From positions 1 to 64,000 of the forward strand of contig JBFMGO010000014.1 in the NCBI GenBank assembly GCA_040752695.1: a DNA stretch of 64,000 nt. Reading direction: 5' to 3'. Under the pieces are notes generated by a model. That model saw only the letters and a program-made list of their open reading frames with translations. It made no database searches and had not been told where the DNA came from. Positions 1 to 11,036 of the stretch are shown here, piece by piece (position 1 is the stretch's first letter; the number at the start of each line of letters is the position of its first letter). This DNA comes from a bacterium (GTDB taxonomy: Bacteria; SZUA-182; DTGQ01). The position numbers were made by a program, and so were the translations under genes.

Positions 1-7
1 GGTTTGA

Positions 8-1324
8 ATGAATACTGTAAAAAAAGAAGTAAAGGAAAAGTTCCTTCTGATACGATCTACCGTAAGGCAGGTTATTTTATCAATTTTATTTCTATCAGGA
101 GGAAAAGCTTTGAGGCTCGACAGCGAAGAGAAGGCAATAAGAAGGTTGAAAAACCGTATCAGGCTTTGTTCTCATGGTATTACCTTGCCAGCCGGATCAA
201 AACCTGTGCTCCATCTTCAATCCAAGCAGGGTGGAGCGGGACCGCAGGGGACATCCGTGTATGTAGGAGAGGCACCAGGGGATCACGGCAGTCAGGCAAG
301 TATCGCGATTTTTCCGGAAGACCATTATCTGGCTCGCTTTGCCCTGCCTACCAGGTGGGTGGAAAATGGATCGAATGGAACAGAGAAAAAGAAAAATATT
401 TTACAGCTCGGCCCGGACTTCTTCCTGGAAAAGATACCAAACAACTGGAAGGGAATACTCCGTGACGGCCGTAAAGTAACGTTCCTGTCCAAGGCGAGAT
501 TTCACCCTTACCAGACCTTTACAATATGTCTGCACCGGACCTGCCGGCACCTGGAGAACAAGGAAGGGTGCAAATACTGTACCGCCAGTCTGCTGATCAA
601 CAAGCTCAATTTCTATGAGCGGCTGTCTGACCAGGAAAATCTGGATTACCTCGCTTTAGCCATGTCCAACAATTCCATACGCTCGGTGACCCTGACCAGC
701 GGGACCTTTGAATCACCGGAAAGAACCGTGAAAGATCTCATATCTCAGGCCCGGTTGATCAAGGAGAAAACAGGCCTTACGGTTCATGTTCAAGCCGAGC
801 CGTTCTTTGACCGGGCACTCATGAAGGAATTGAGCCAGGTCTGTGAATCGATGGGTATATTTATAGAGTTTTTCGATGAAAAGGTGCGCCGGAAAATTTG
901 CCCCGGCAAAGCCAGAGCATTTACTCAGGAAGATTACATGAGAAGCTGGGAGACGGCGATTTCCTGCTTTGGCTGGGGAAAGGTTTTCACTACCAATATC
1001 CTGGGTTTCGATGAAGATTATGAAGTTATCCTCCAGGGAATCGAAAGAGCGGCCAGGGTCGGAGTAATGACCTCTCTTCTCTGGGTACGTGTCGGCAGTC
1101 AGCAACTGGCCGGGTACATTCCATCGTTTCTCGAACAGGATGAAAACAAGCTGTTGCAGCTCCACATGGATGCAGGGAAAATTCTGGTGGAAAACGCAGT
1201 AGGCAGCATGGCAGGAGAAAATTCCGGATGCCTGGGCTGTCATGGGTGCAATGCCACCGGCGAGGCCATAGCGTGGGCACGAATGACGGCGAAGAAGGAA
1301 GAAGGCGTGATGGAAGTTGGTTGA
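8..1324 (+). CDS. Radical SAM protein, MSMEG_0568 (Nit1C-cluster) family-like
   Basis: CX8CX2C motif (CRHLENKEGCKYC), GGAGP, HVQAEP, ICPGKA, FGWGKV and C-terminal GCLGCHGC, all resembling MSMEG_0568-family motifs; start uncertain at the window edge. Confidence 0.7.
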   Translation: MNTVKKEVKEKFLLIRSTVRQVILSILFLSGGKALRLDSEEKAIRRLKNRIRLCSHGITLPAGSKPVLHLQSKQGGAGPQGTSVYVGEAPGDHGSQASIAIFPEDHYLARFALPTRWVENGSNGTEKKKNILQLGPDFFLEKIPNNWKGILRDGRKVTFLSKARFHPYQTFTICLHRTCRHLENKEGCKYCTASLLINKLNFYERLSDQENLDYLALAMSNNSIRSVTLTSGTFESPERTVKDLISQARLIKEKTGLTVHVQAEPFFDRALMKELSQVCESMGIFIEFFDEKVRRKICPGKARAFTQEDYMRSWETAISCFGWGKVFTTNILGFDEDYEVILQGIERAARVGVMTSLLWVRVGSQQLAGYIPSFLEQDENKLLQLHMDAGKILVENAVGSMAGENSGCLGCHGCNATGEAIAWARMTAKKEEGVMEVG

Positions 1325-1388
1325 TGAATCAATGAGTGGTTGATGGGCCTGCTTGATTGAGCAGCTCATCAACCGCCTGCAGTTTCTT

Positions 1389-2132
1389 TCAGACCGGTGA
1401 AGGGATATCGACGTAAGAGATCTGGATCTGAAACTTTTCCTGGATGATCTGCGAAAGAGCTTTAATTCCTAAGGTTTCCGTGTGGTAATGTCCGGCTACG
1501 ATAACATTGAGCTTTGCCTCTTCAATCTTTCGCACTAAAGATTCTTTCATATCTCCGCAGATAAAAAGATCCGCTTCGGCCTCCAGCGCCACTTCCCACA
1601 GGTACGAGCTTCCGCCGCTGATAATGGCAATTCTCTGGACTTCGGAAGAACCGAACTCGAAGGTCATCAACTCCCGGCCGTAGATGTTCCGGACCTTGTC
1701 CACCAGGCCGGACAGTTTATCGGAGAAAGGAAGATCTCCGATAAAGCCTACATCCAATGGTTGCAGGTTTTCCAATCCCAGTTCCCTGCAGGCCAGGACA
1801 TTGTTTCCGATCTCAGGATGCGCATCCAAAGGCAGGTGATAGCCAACAAGATTGATGTCCTGGGACAGGAGCAAGGCTAAACGCTCCCGTATTACGCCGC
1901 AAAAACAGGGCGGATCGGGGATATCCCCTTTGAATAGGCCGTGATGAACCAGGATAAGTTCAGCCTTCCTGACAATGGCCTCCTGAATCAGCCGCCGGCT
2001 GACCGTGACTCCCGATACGATTTTCATCACTTCCGCAGCACCCTGTACCTGCAGGCCATTGCGGCAATAATCCTTAAAACGGTCCACTTCCAGATAGGTA
2101 TTGAGAAAAGAAATCAGTTCATCCCGCTCCAT
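1389..2132 (-). CDS. Nif3-like dinuclear metal-centre hexameric protein (YbgI family)
   Basis: DYCRNGLQV, LVHHG, YHLPLDAHPEIGNN and AGHYHTE motifs; ATG at 2132 follows a GGAGG-like RBS. Confidence 0.9.
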   Translation of the reverse strand: MERDELISFLNTYLEVDRFKDYCRNGLQVQGAAEVMKIVSGVTVSRRLIQEAIVRKAELILVHHGLFKGDIPDPPCFCGVIRERLALLLSQDINLVGYHLPLDAHPEIGNNVLACRELGLENLQPLDVGFIGDLPFSDKLSGLVDKVRNIYGRELMTFEFGSSEVQRIAIISGGSSYLWEVALEAEADLFICGDMKESLVRKIEEAKLNVIVAGHYHTETLGIKALSQIIQEKFQIQISYVDIPSPV

Positions 2133-2171
2133 GCTGGCCCTCCCCCCTTTCACTGATCTTTAAAAAAGAGA

Positions 2172-3419
2172 TCAGCTATAGCCCATATTAATGTTCACAT
2201 AGTCTTTCGAAAGGTCGCAGGTGTATATCCTGGCTTCTTTCTGGCCAAGGTTAAGATCGACAGTAATTTGTATCTCTCTGTCTTTCATAAGGGTGGCTGT
2301 TTCAGCTTCCCGTCCTGTGCCGCTGCCATTCGAAACGACCTGAACCGGGCCGTAGAAAAGATCGACCTTATCAGCCTCAACCGGTATCCCCGAGTAGCCG
2401 ATAGCGGCCAGGATGCGGCCCCACATGCACCGCTCTGCGCAGAATGAGGTTTTTACCAGAGGAGATTCGGCAATGGTATAGGCGATCTTTCGTGCCTCTT
2501 CGCAGCTTCGTGCCGTGCGGACTCTGATTTCGACCAGTTTCGTAGCGCCTTCCCCGTCGCGGACAATCATCTTGGCCAACTTGAGCGTAACAAGATTCAG
2601 GGCTTCCTGAAATGTGGCAAAGTCGGAATTCTCTTCGGTTAAACAGGTATTTCCAGCCAGCCCGTTGGCCAGAATAATAACCATGTCATTGGTGCTGGTG
2701 TCTCCATCTATGGTGATTGCATGGAAAGATTCGTCTACAGCCCGATGGAGCGCCTTTTTGAGCATTGGGGCGTCGATGGAGACATCGGTGCACAGGAAAG
2801 AGAGCATGGTTGCCATGTTCGGCTTGATCATGCCGGCTCCCTTGGCTATGCCGGCCAGATATGCTTTGTGTCCGGACAGGTCCATCTCAACGGCTGTGGA
2901 CTTGGGAAAGGTATCCGTGGTCATGATAGCTTCGACTGCTTCATCAGGAACTGAACGGGAAAGTTGAAGAGCAGCAGCGGGAATTCCCTGCCGGATCTTA
3001 TCCATGGGGAGTCTCTGCCCGATCATTCCCGTCGAGGAAACGATAATCTTATCGCTGGATATCTCAAGAGCACTGGCCCCGATTCGAGCCATTTCTTCTG
3101 CATCTTCCAAACCCGCATCGCCGGTACAGGCATTGGCATTACCGCTGTTGACAATAATTGCCTGTGCCCGCGAGCTTTGCAAATGGGCTTCTGAAACAAT
3201 AACCGGCGCTGCCCGAAAGGGATTGACGGTAAAGACTCCGGCAGCAGTACACTCTTTTTCTGAAAAGATTATGGCCAGATCTTTTTTCTGTTTTTTGATT
3301 CCGCAATTGATCCCGGCGGTCAATATCCCTCTTACCGAAGTGAGCCCTCCATCAGTGAGTAGTTCACTCACCGAAACGGGCTCTTCGTTTATCTCGTTAA
3401 CCTCAGCAGGGTATTCCAT
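2172..3419 (-). CDS. argJ: Bifunctional ornithine acetyltransferase/N-acetylglutamate synthase
   Basis: NSGNANA, IMTTDT, KGAGMIKPNMATML, DGDTSTND and DGEGATK motifs. Confidence 0.95.
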   Translation of the reverse strand: MEYPAEVNEINEEPVSVSELLTDGGLTSVRGILTAGINCGIKKQKKDLAIIFSEKECTAAGVFTVNPFRAAPVIVSEAHLQSSRAQAIIVNSGNANACTGDAGLEDAEEMARIGASALEISSDKIIVSSTGMIGQRLPMDKIRQGIPAAALQLSRSVPDEAVEAIMTTDTFPKSTAVEMDLSGHKAYLAGIAKGAGMIKPNMATMLSFLCTDVSIDAPMLKKALHRAVDESFHAITIDGDTSTNDMVIILANGLAGNTCLTEENSDFATFQEALNLVTLKLAKMIVRDGEGATKLVEIRVRTARSCEEARKIAYTIAESPLVKTSFCAERCMWGRILAAIGYSGIPVEADKVDLFYGPVQVVSNGSGTGREAETATLMKDREIQITVDLNLGQKEARIYTCDLSKDYVNINMGYS

Positions 3420-3496
3420 GCATTCTTCCTCGCATTCTCCCTTTTTGCACAGCACATACACACAATAATGTGCAGCACATACACTCGTAATGGTTT

Positions 3497-4561
3497 TTAA
3501 GGATACGGGACAGGGGACCCCAACCCTGCTCTTTCATCCAATCCAAGGATAATATTGAGATTTTGGACCGCCTGACCTGATGCTCCCTTCAGCAGGTTAT
3601 CGAGAACCGACACAATAACCAGCATATGAGTGCGCTGATCCAACACCAGTCCCAGACGGCAGTAGTTGGACAAGTAAACGTCCTTCAGGCAGGGAATGCC
3701 GCCTAAAGGGCTCAGCAGGGTAAATGGCTCATTCTCGTAGAACTGGTGATAGATTTCCCAGATTTTTTCAACAGGTGGGTGATCAGGCCGCAAAGGTACA
3801 TAGATATTACTGAGTATCCCCCTGCGGACAGGCACCAGTTGAGGGGTAAAAAGGATCGATACTTTCGATCTTCCAGGCAGGTTCAGCGCCTGCTCGATTT
3901 CAGGGACGTGTCGATGCTTTCCGATATGATAGGGCTTGACATTTTGATCACATTCGGTAAACAGATACGTCGCTTCGAGTTTTCTCCCTGCGCCGGATAT
4001 GCCCGATTTGGAATCTGCAATAATCGGCACCCCCTGAGCTGCCAGATCGGCGTGCAGGCAGGGAAGCAAACCGAGGATAATACTGGTAGCGTAACAGCCC
4101 GGATTGGCAATCAGGGAAGAGTCACGGATGTGCTGACGATGAATTTCGGGCAAACCGTAGACCGCCTGAGCCGCCAGTGCCTCATCCGTATGGGTTTTTC
4201 CATACACGTGCTGGTAAACCGCGAGATCTTTGAACCGGTAGTCTGCACTCAGATCAATGACGATTTTTCCCTCTGCTCTCAAAAAGGGGGTCAACGACAG
4301 TGAGATACCATTAGGCAGCGCCAGAAAAAAGACGCCAGCCGAGGCGACAGCCGCACCGATATTCAGCGGTTGATACACAAGATCGAGAGAGGAGGAAAGA
4401 TGAGGAAAACAATCCCGAATCTTCTTTCCTGCCAGCCGTTCAGAAGTCACATAGGTCAGCTCAAGTGCGGGGTGAGCAAGAATGAGGCGGATCAGTTCAA
4501 GACCCGTATACCCGCTGCCTCCGATAAGAGCAACTCTGGTCAGATCAGGCTTCACAGACAC
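3497..4561 (-). CDS. argC: N-acetyl-gamma-glutamyl-phosphate reductase
   Basis: GGSGYTG, DLSADYR, ANPGCY, SGISGAG and DNLLKGASGQA motifs. Confidence 0.95.
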   Translation of the reverse strand: MSVKPDLTRVALIGGSGYTGLELIRLILAHPALELTYVTSERLAGKKIRDCFPHLSSSLDLVYQPLNIGAAVASAGVFFLALPNGISLSLTPFLRAEGKIVIDLSADYRFKDLAVYQHVYGKTHTDEALAAQAVYGLPEIHRQHIRDSSLIANPGCYATSIILGLLPCLHADLAAQGVPIIADSKSGISGAGRKLEATYLFTECDQNVKPYHIGKHRHVPEIEQALNLPGRSKVSILFTPQLVPVRRGILSNIYVPLRPDHPPVEKIWEIYHQFYENEPFTLLSPLGGIPCLKDVYLSNYCRLGLVLDQRTHMLVIVSVLDNLLKGASGQAVQNLNIILGLDERAGLGSPVPYP

Positions 4562-4567
4562 AATCTG

Positions 4568-4960
4568 TTATCTCTTCGAGAACTGATAACGTGCACGTGC
4601 ACCACGCTGGCCGTATTTTTTCCGCTCCTTCACGCGAGGGTCACGGGTGATAAAGCCCGCTTTTTTCAATTTTTGCCGAAGATCCGGATTGACCTGAAGG
4701 AGGGCTTTCGATATGCCATGCCGGACTGCCCCTGCCTGGCCGTAAATTCCTCCTCCTCCGACATTGATCGCAATATCGTACTTATTAGTATAATCGGTTA
4801 TCTGGAGCGGTTGTAAAATCGTTGCTTTCAGCCGTTCGGTAGGAAAATATTCCTCAACCGATTTTTGATTGATTAAAATTTTGCCATTCCCCGGACGCAG
4901 CCACACTCTGGCAACAGAGGTCTTGCGTTTACCCGTTCCGTAATATTGTGCAAGTGCCAT
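4568..4960 (-). CDS. rpsI: 30S ribosomal protein S9
   Basis: [21 protein letters not shown] and ERKKYG...QFSKR. Confidence 0.98.
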   Translation of the reverse strand: MALAQYYGTGKRKTSVARVWLRPGNGKILINQKSVEEYFPTERLKATILQPLQITDYTNKYDIAINVGGGGIYGQAGAVRHGISKALLQVNPDLRQKLKKAGFITRDPRVKERKKYGQRGARARYQFSKR

Positions 4961-5091
4961 GCTCTTTTTGCTCCTTTCTCTTTACTATTTCTTTCCGCAG
5001 TATTTCTTTCCGTACTTTATTGTTTCTTTCCACTCTTGCACTTACCATTTCTTGTCATCTTTATCCGCTGTCGCGGTTAGGTTACCTTACA

Positions 5092-5592
5092 TTATTTATC
5101 TAAATGGCAGGCAAAGCATAATACGCTGCGAACATTGGTCCGCCGTAAAAAATAAGATCTATAGAGATTGCTTCCTGCAAGCTGGGTCGCTCTGGCCACC
5201 ATGGGAACTGGCGATGTCCAGCTTCCATGCGGATTGTGGCAGGTAGCACAGGTTATTCTCATGGTTTCGTCAAGGTGCAGGTCCTCCGGGACTTCCATGT
5301 CTCTGCCCGGTTCCACATCTACGGGATGGGTGCGTCCCAGTTTCCCCGGCGAATGGCATTGTATCCCGCCCAGTCCTTCTTCTCCTCTCAGACAGGATGC
5401 CGTAACTCCTCGCTTGAGACGGACATCCAGGTAGCTGACCACGGTATTGGGATCGTTGGCATGGCATTCACTACAGAGGGTATGACGCTCATCGTTCATA
5501 AAAGCGTGAGGATTTGCTTCATCTATGGCAAAGGTTTTTGCACAGATCAAGCATGCAAGGGAGAACAGAAGCGATAAGAATATGATTCTCAT
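5092..5592 (-). CDS. Small exported multiheme c-type cytochrome
   Basis: Signal peptide from ATG 5592; CSECH, CATCH and CFACH plus an atypical CX11CH; THPV and TCHNPH are typical of paired-CXXCH cytochromes. Confidence 0.8.
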   Translation of the reverse strand: MRIIFLSLLFSLACLICAKTFAIDEANPHAFMNDERHTLCSECHANDPNTVVSYLDVRLKRGVTASCLRGEEGLGGIQCHSPGKLGRTHPVDVEPGRDMEVPEDLHLDETMRITCATCHNPHGSWTSPVPMVARATQLAGSNLYRSYFLRRTNVRSVLCFACHLDK

Positions 5593-5645
5593 CTTTTTTC
5601 TCACAGCCACTGTTGAGTGCTTATCATGTTCCAAAGGTTTAAGAG

Positions 5646-6251
5646 TTACAGCTTAAAATGTTCCAATGCCTTATGTAAGCTGGAAGATATTTGTGATAAT
5701 CGGGTCGTAATGCCCGCCAGTTCTTCGGAAGAGACCGTTTGCTTTTGGCTCAAAACTTTCATCTCGTCGATCAGGATCGGCAACTCTTCCGATTCCCGCC
5801 GGACGTCCAACAGTTTCTCTCGTAATTCCATCGTCATCTTACTGAAGGCGTCTGCCAGACTCTTGACTTGATCGGATTGCCGCAACCTGGTAACAATGGT
5901 CAAATCTCCCTGGGCAATCTGCTCGGCGTTTTTTTCAAAACGGTAGAGCGGTCCAGCCACCTTATGAGAGATAAAAACCGTCAGGGCTACACTCGCCATG
6001 CCAATGACAATGATAGCAATAACGTTCCCGATCAGGACATTCGGGAGGATAAGTTCCCCCGTTGTTTTAAGCTTTGAATGAGCGTCTCCATAGTGGTCTC
6101 CCAATTCTGTAAAGGTCCTTTTATAGAGCAACCCTCCGGATATGGCACTGCCAAGAATGACCAAGAGAAGAAAAAGCACAACAAATTTCGTTTGAAAAAC
6201 ACGCTGAATAAGGTATGTTTTTCTCCTCTGTTTCCCCTCTCCCCTGCTCAT
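5646..6251 (-). CDS. Two-TM HAMP-domain protein (short MCP-like)
   Basis: Two hydrophobic segments, SHKVAGPLYRF...GDLT...LRQSDQV HAMP signature and a C-terminal coiled coil ending FKL. Confidence 0.75.
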   Translation of the reverse strand: MSRGEGKQRRKTYLIQRVFQTKFVVLFLLLVILGSAISGGLLYKRTFTELGDHYGDAHSKLKTTGELILPNVLIGNVIAIIVIGMASVALTVFISHKVAGPLYRFEKNAEQIAQGDLTIVTRLRQSDQVKSLADAFSKMTMELREKLLDVRRESEELPILIDEMKVLSQKQTVSSEELAGITTRLSQISSSLHKALEHFKL

Positions 6252-6288
6252 TGCTTTTCCCTATCCTGCTTAGATTTTAGCCTTTGAC

Positions 6289-6720
6289 TCAAGAAACCTT
6301 CAGGACTTGCGGCGTCTGAGCTTCATGAGGATGATCCGGTCCTGTGTACACCTTCAGTTTTCGGTATACCTCCCTCCCCAGTTTGTTTTTGGGAAGCATG
6401 CCTCGAATTGCCTTTCTAATAATCTCTTCGGGTTTTTCTTTCATCATCTTGTGGGCCGGGGTGATTTTAAGTCCTCCCGGATAACCCGAGTGACGATAGT
6501 AGAGCTTTTGCTGAAGCTTTCTGCCGGTCATCAGTACCTTTTCCGCATTGATAATAATCACATGATCACCAGTATCTACATGAGGAGTGAATTCGGGTTT
6601 TAACTTTCCTCTCAAGACCATTGCGGCTTTTGTGGCGAGCCGTCCCAACACTTCTCCCTGGGCATCCAACACATACCACTCTCTCTTTTGATCTTCCTCT
6701 TTGGCCATAAACGTTTTCAT
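6289..6720 (-). CDS. rplM: 50S ribosomal protein L13
   Basis: [30 protein letters not shown] and GMLPKN. Confidence 0.98.
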   Translation of the reverse strand: MKTFMAKEEDQKREWYVLDAQGEVLGRLATKAAMVLRGKLKPEFTPHVDTGDHVIIINAEKVLMTGRKLQQKLYYRHSGYPGGLKITPAHKMMKEKPEEIIRKAIRGMLPKNKLGREVYRKLKVYTGPDHPHEAQTPQVLKVS

Positions 6721-6846
6721 TTTCTACCTCTTCTACCTCATTATTACCTGTTATTACCTGGCTTTTTATTTTTCCGTCTGTTTATTTTTATGTTAGAGAA
6801 TGCAACGAAAAGAACGTTTTTCCTTTTCAGATAAAGAGAAACACTT

Positions 6847-6876
6847 ATTATATAAGTAATCGCCAGTTCTTGTCAA
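6847..6876 (-). promoter_or_regulatory. sigma70 promoter for the rplM operon
   Basis: Minus strand TTGACA-N18-TATAAT, perfect hexamers. Confidence 0.75.
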
Positions 6877-7067
6877 GGGAAACTTTGTACCCTCAATGAT
6901 TCCTCTGATGTTTCCCATTGAAAAAGATTTTCACTTATGAGCCTGTTATGGTAATATAGGACTACCATAGCATATACAGATAATTTAATCAACTGGCCTC
7001 TTTGCGTAAAGCGATCCCCATTCATCTTAATCTTTAAGGATATGTATGAATCAAAAAGAGGATAGGT

Positions 7068-8678
7068 ATGAATCAAAAAACAGCGGTCATCATTGGAGCG
7101 GGACCTGCCGGACTGACAGCGGCTTACGAACTGCTCGAAAAAACCGATATCAAGCCGGTTGTCTATGAGATGACCGGGGATATCGGCGGTATTTCAAAGA
7201 CTGTCAACTATAAAGGTCAACGAATAGATATCGGCGGGCACCGGTTTTTCTCCAAATCCGACCGGGTAATGCAATGGTGGCAGAGTATTCTCCCCTTGCA
7301 GGGAGCGCCGGCCAAAGATGACCGCATCCTCGGAAGAAACATGCATCTTTCTCAGGCAGGCAATGCCCCGGCAGCGGTTGGTGCCCCTGAAACAGTCGAT
7401 GCCCTCGACCCTGAAAAGGTCGACAGGGTAATGTTAATCCGGGGCCGGGTCTCAAGGATATTCTTTCTCAAAAAATTTTTCGATTATCCTCTCTCTTTAA
7501 ACGTGAATACCTTTTCAAACCTTGGCTTTTTACCAATCATAAAAATCGGCCTGAGTTACCTCAAGGTTCAGCTTCTCCCCATCCGTAACGAACAATCCCT
7601 TGAGGATTTCTTTATAAACAGGTTTGGGAAGGAACTCTACCGCACCTTTTTCAAAGACTACACGGAAAAGGTCTGGGGAGTCCCCTGCCACCATATTCAT
7701 GCTGCCTGGGGGGCACAAAGGATAAAGGGCTTGTCCATCACCAAAAGCATCCTTCACGCAGTCAAAAACATCGTGGTCAAAGATGATTCCCTTACCCAAA
7801 AGAATACGGAAACAAGCCTCATCGGCCAGTTTATGTACCCCAAATTAGGTCCTGGCCAGATGTGGGAGGAAGTTGCCAGGATCGTGAAGGAAAGGGGGGG
7901 AGAATGTCATCTTGGACATAAGGTGGCAGGTCTCATCCGGCAGGGCAACAAAATCGTGAGCGTTGAAGTGAAAGATGAAACTACCGGTAAGACCATAAGC
8001 CGGCAAGGGGATTATTTCTTCTCGACGATGCCGGTGAAGGAGTTGATCGAATCTCTCGACGGCCATGTACCCGAACAGGTCCGGCAGGTGGCCCAAGGAC
8101 TCGTCTACCGCGACTTCATCACGGTTGGCCTTTTGCTCCACAAATTAAAAATAAAGAATAAAACCTCGATAAAGACGGTCAATGACCTGATTCCCGACAA
8201 CTGGATCTATATTCAGGAGAGGGAGGTAAAACTCGGTCGGCTTCAGATATTCAACAATTGGAGCCCTTATATGGTCAAGGATGAAAACAAGGTATGGGTA
8301 GGGCTGGAATACTTCTGCAACGAGGGGGATGAGTTATGGAGTAAGCCGGACCCGGATCTGGCCAGGTTCGCGATCGAGGAATTAGCCCGAATCGATATCA
8401 TAGACAAAGGGGATGTTCTTGATAGTGTCGTCATTCGAATGCCGAAAACCTACCCTGCCTACTTCGGAACATACGACCGGTTTCAGGTAATCAGGAACTT
8501 TGTCGATGATTTCGATAATCTTTTTTTAATAGGAAGAAACGGCATGCACAGGTACAACAACCAGGACCATTCCATGCTCACCGCTATGGTGGCCGTAGAG
8601 AATATCAAGGCAGGCGTCTGCGGCAAAGAGAATATCTGGGCCATAAACACTGAAGAAGATTATCATGAAGAAAAATAA
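7068..8678 (+). CDS. FAD-dependent oxidoreductase (HemY/UDP-galactopyranose mutase-like superfamily)
   Basis: GAGPAG Rossmann motif, [10 protein letters not shown] and [15 protein letters not shown]. Confidence 0.8.
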   Translation: MNQKTAVIIGAGPAGLTAAYELLEKTDIKPVVYEMTGDIGGISKTVNYKGQRIDIGGHRFFSKSDRVMQWWQSILPLQGAPAKDDRILGRNMHLSQAGNAPAAVGAPETVDALDPEKVDRVMLIRGRVSRIFFLKKFFDYPLSLNVNTFSNLGFLPIIKIGLSYLKVQLLPIRNEQSLEDFFINRFGKELYRTFFKDYTEKVWGVPCHHIHAAWGAQRIKGLSITKSILHAVKNIVVKDDSLTQKNTETSLIGQFMYPKLGPGQMWEEVARIVKERGGECHLGHKVAGLIRQGNKIVSVEVKDETTGKTISRQGDYFFSTMPVKELIESLDGHVPEQVRQVAQGLVYRDFITVGLLLHKLKIKNKTSIKTVNDLIPDNWIYIQEREVKLGRLQIFNNWSPYMVKDENKVWVGLEYFCNEGDELWSKPDPDLARFAIEELARIDIIDKGDVLDSVVIRMPKTYPAYFGTYDRFQVIRNFVDDFDNLFLIGRNGMHRYNNQDHSMLTAMVAVENIKAGVCGKENIWAINTEEDYHEEK

Positions 8679-10197
8679 CCTGATAACGTACTTCATCGTG
8701 ACCATAGCATTCATTGCCATAAGTATCAACTGGTTTTGTCATCTGGAAAAAGACCCGGATACTTCCCTGACGGATTGCAATGTTTTCTACACCGATGAAG
8801 GATGGCATTCCGGCAATGCCGTAAGCAGGTATTTGACGGGTAATTGGCTGATGAATGGACCTAACCATATGCTGCTTATGCCAACGATGCCCCTTATTCA
8901 ATATCGGGTTTTTACCCTGCTTGGGCTGTCGTTGGCCTCCGCCAGGCTGCCATCTGCGGTTATTTCTCTGTTCCTCGTTCTGTTCGTCTGTTTATTCGTC
9001 GCCGCCAATAATAGACACAGAGAGAGTCACGGAGACGGGCTGATGAGGGACGAGAGGATGAGGGACGGGCGAATGAGATTACCGGCGCTGGTGCCCATAT
9101 GCCTCTGCCTCTTTCTCTTGGGATCTAATATCTATTTTTTCGTTTTCGGCAGACTGGCCTTACTGGATGTTCCGATGTCGGCCTTTGGTCTGTTTTCTTT
9201 GTTCCTTCTCTATAAAGCAATGGCTTCATCCGGACCGGGATCGAAGATAATCCTGTATCCTGCCAGTGGTGTTGTGCTGGCCATTTCAATTTTGACCAAA
9301 TCGAGTGCTTTTGTTTTTGTTGTAACCATGCTCTTTGTACTCGCCTTACGTTTTTATTTTGCCAGGGAGCGAAGGAAACAAGATCTTTTGGGCATCTTGT
9401 CTTCTCTGGTCATAGCCGTTATCATCGTTTCTCTGGCTTACCCCTTTATCCGCCATCTCACCGGCGCTTCACGGGACATGACGCCTGCCGGATTAATAGG
9501 AAGTAAAATTGTGTATAACCCGCTGCTCATCGGAATAAATTATGTGAAATTTTTCTCGAATCAGTTCCTTGTACGGAACGGTATTTTATTCCTCCTGGCT
9601 TTGGCGAGTTTTTTCATAGTAACAGCGGAAGGGTTTAAAGACACGAGCATCCATCTTTCGGACATGATCATGGGCTCTTTGTTGGTAGCCAGCTTTTTGT
9701 TTCTGGGATATTTTACCTATCAACCTCCCCGCTATTTCCTTATCTTGATTATCCCTCTGGTCTATTTTGTGTCTACATTGCCAATAAATATCCAGAATGT
9801 ACGGATTTACCATAGATTGTCAGAATTACACCATCCGGAAATCATCGTGATCATTCTTATCCTTGCAGGGAATACGTATAATGTATTCGGTATGCTGAAA
9901 ATCCATCTCGATCCGCGGTTCACGATCCCTTCGGTTGCCAGGGCTGTACGGCATGATATTCTTGCGGATAAGAAAGGAGAAAGGGCTGAGGATATCATCC
10001 TGATTCATGGGGCTACCCTGTCCCTTGTCAATCAGTTAATACCGTATGAGACCCCTTCCGCAGATATGAAAAAACCAATCTACCATCTCCTCCAGGGCGA
10101 GATGAAACCTCAGGGGAAAGGATTTACCCTTATTTCCAGCTACACTATGCTTAATAATTATAAAGGGTCAAAACTATACTTATATCGTGAAGATTGA
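8665..10197 (+). CDS. GT-C (ArnT/PMT-like, GT39/83) membrane glycosyltransferase
   Basis: TDEG motif after TM1, ARLPS, many TM helices, LTKSS and PPRY. Confidence 0.65.
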   Translation: MKKNNLITYFIVTIAFIAISINWFCHLEKDPDTSLTDCNVFYTDEGWHSGNAVSRYLTGNWLMNGPNHMLLMPTMPLIQYRVFTLLGLSLASARLPSAVISLFLVLFVCLFVAANNRHRESHGDGLMRDERMRDGRMRLPALVPICLCLFLLGSNIYFFVFGRLALLDVPMSAFGLFSLFLLYKAMASSGPGSKIILYPASGVVLAISILTKSSAFVFVVTMLFVLALRFYFARERRKQDLLGILSSLVIAVIIVSLAYPFIRHLTGASRDMTPAGLIGSKIVYNPLLIGINYVKFFSNQFLVRNGILFLLALASFFIVTAEGFKDTSIHLSDMIMGSLLVASFLFLGYFTYQPPRYFLILIIPLVYFVSTLPINIQNVRIYHRLSELHHPEIIVIILILAGNTYNVFGMLKIHLDPRFTIPSVARAVRHDILADKKGERAEDIILIHGATLSLVNQLIPYETPSADMKKPIYHLLQGEMKPQGKGFTLISSYTMLNNYKGSKLYLYRED

Positions 10198-10944
10198 ATT
10201 GGCAGCCTTTTTGAGTATTGATTCTATTCTGGGTACATCTTCCGGCGTATCCACTCCGCAGGATTCATAGTCGGTTTCAACCACCTTGATTCTATACCCA
10301 TTTTCCAGAATTCGAAGCTGCTCGAGCCGTTCGGCCTGCTCCAGGCTTGAGGGGGGGAGTGACGGAATCTGCAAAAGGAAATCTGTCCGGTAGGCGTAAA
10401 TACCGATATGCTGATACACAAGATGGTGATTATCAAGGCCATCCCGGTCAAAGGGTATAGGGGAGCGCGAAAAGTAAAGGGCAAACCCTTCCTTGCTGGT
10501 CACTACCTTGACACAGTTGGGATTATCGATATCCTGTTTTCGTGAAATCCTGCGCTTGAGGGTAGCCATGGGGATTTCCCGGCTTTCGGCCATAGCGTCG
10601 GCCATAGCTCCTGCCAGAAGATCGATGGCTTCGGGCCGGATCAACGGCTCATCCCCCTGGACATTGATCACTACGTCTGCCGGAATGCTCCGGGCTACCT
10701 CAGCCACCCGCTCTGTGCCTGACTCGTGATTCGGGGAGGTAAGCATCACTTTTGCGCCAAGTGAGCTGACCGCCTCGAAAATTCTCTGATCATCGGTTGC
10801 CACCCAGACCTCATCGACCAGGCGGGCTTCACTTGATCGCTCGTATACATGCTGAATCATCGGCTTGCCCAGAATCGGGGTGAGCGGCTTACCCGGAAAC
10901 CGGCTGGATTGGTACCGCGCAGGGATAACGGCTATGACACGCAT
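10180..10944 (-). CDS. kdsB: 3-deoxy-manno-octulosonate cytidylyltransferase
   Basis: IPARYQSSRFPGKPL, SGTER, NVQGDEP, LYFSRSPIP and LEQLR; start placed at ATG 10944 because the upstream ORF extension is a heptamer repeat. Confidence 0.95.
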   Translation of the reverse strand: MRVIAVIPARYQSSRFPGKPLTPILGKPMIQHVYERSSEARLVDEVWVATDDQRIFEAVSSLGAKVMLTSPNHESGTERVAEVARSIPADVVINVQGDEPLIRPEAIDLLAGAMADAMAESREIPMATLKRRISRKQDIDNPNCVKVVTSKEGFALYFSRSPIPFDRDGLDNHHLVYQHIGIYAYRTDFLLQIPSLPPSSLEQAERLEQLRILENGYRIKVVETDYESCGVDTPEDVPRIESILKKAANSIFTI

Positions 10945-10947
10945 ATT

Positions 10948-11036
10948 CTCTGACTCCTGACTTTGGGCTTCTGACCTCTGGCTCCTTGCCTCTGGCCTTC
11001 TGACTCCGGGCTTTCTGGCTTCTGGCCTTTCTGCTT
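10948..11036. repeat. Degenerate 7-bp tandem repeat (tctgact/tctggct-type)
   Basis: Roughly a dozen imperfect heptamers fill the dgt-kdsB spacer. Confidence 0.7.
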
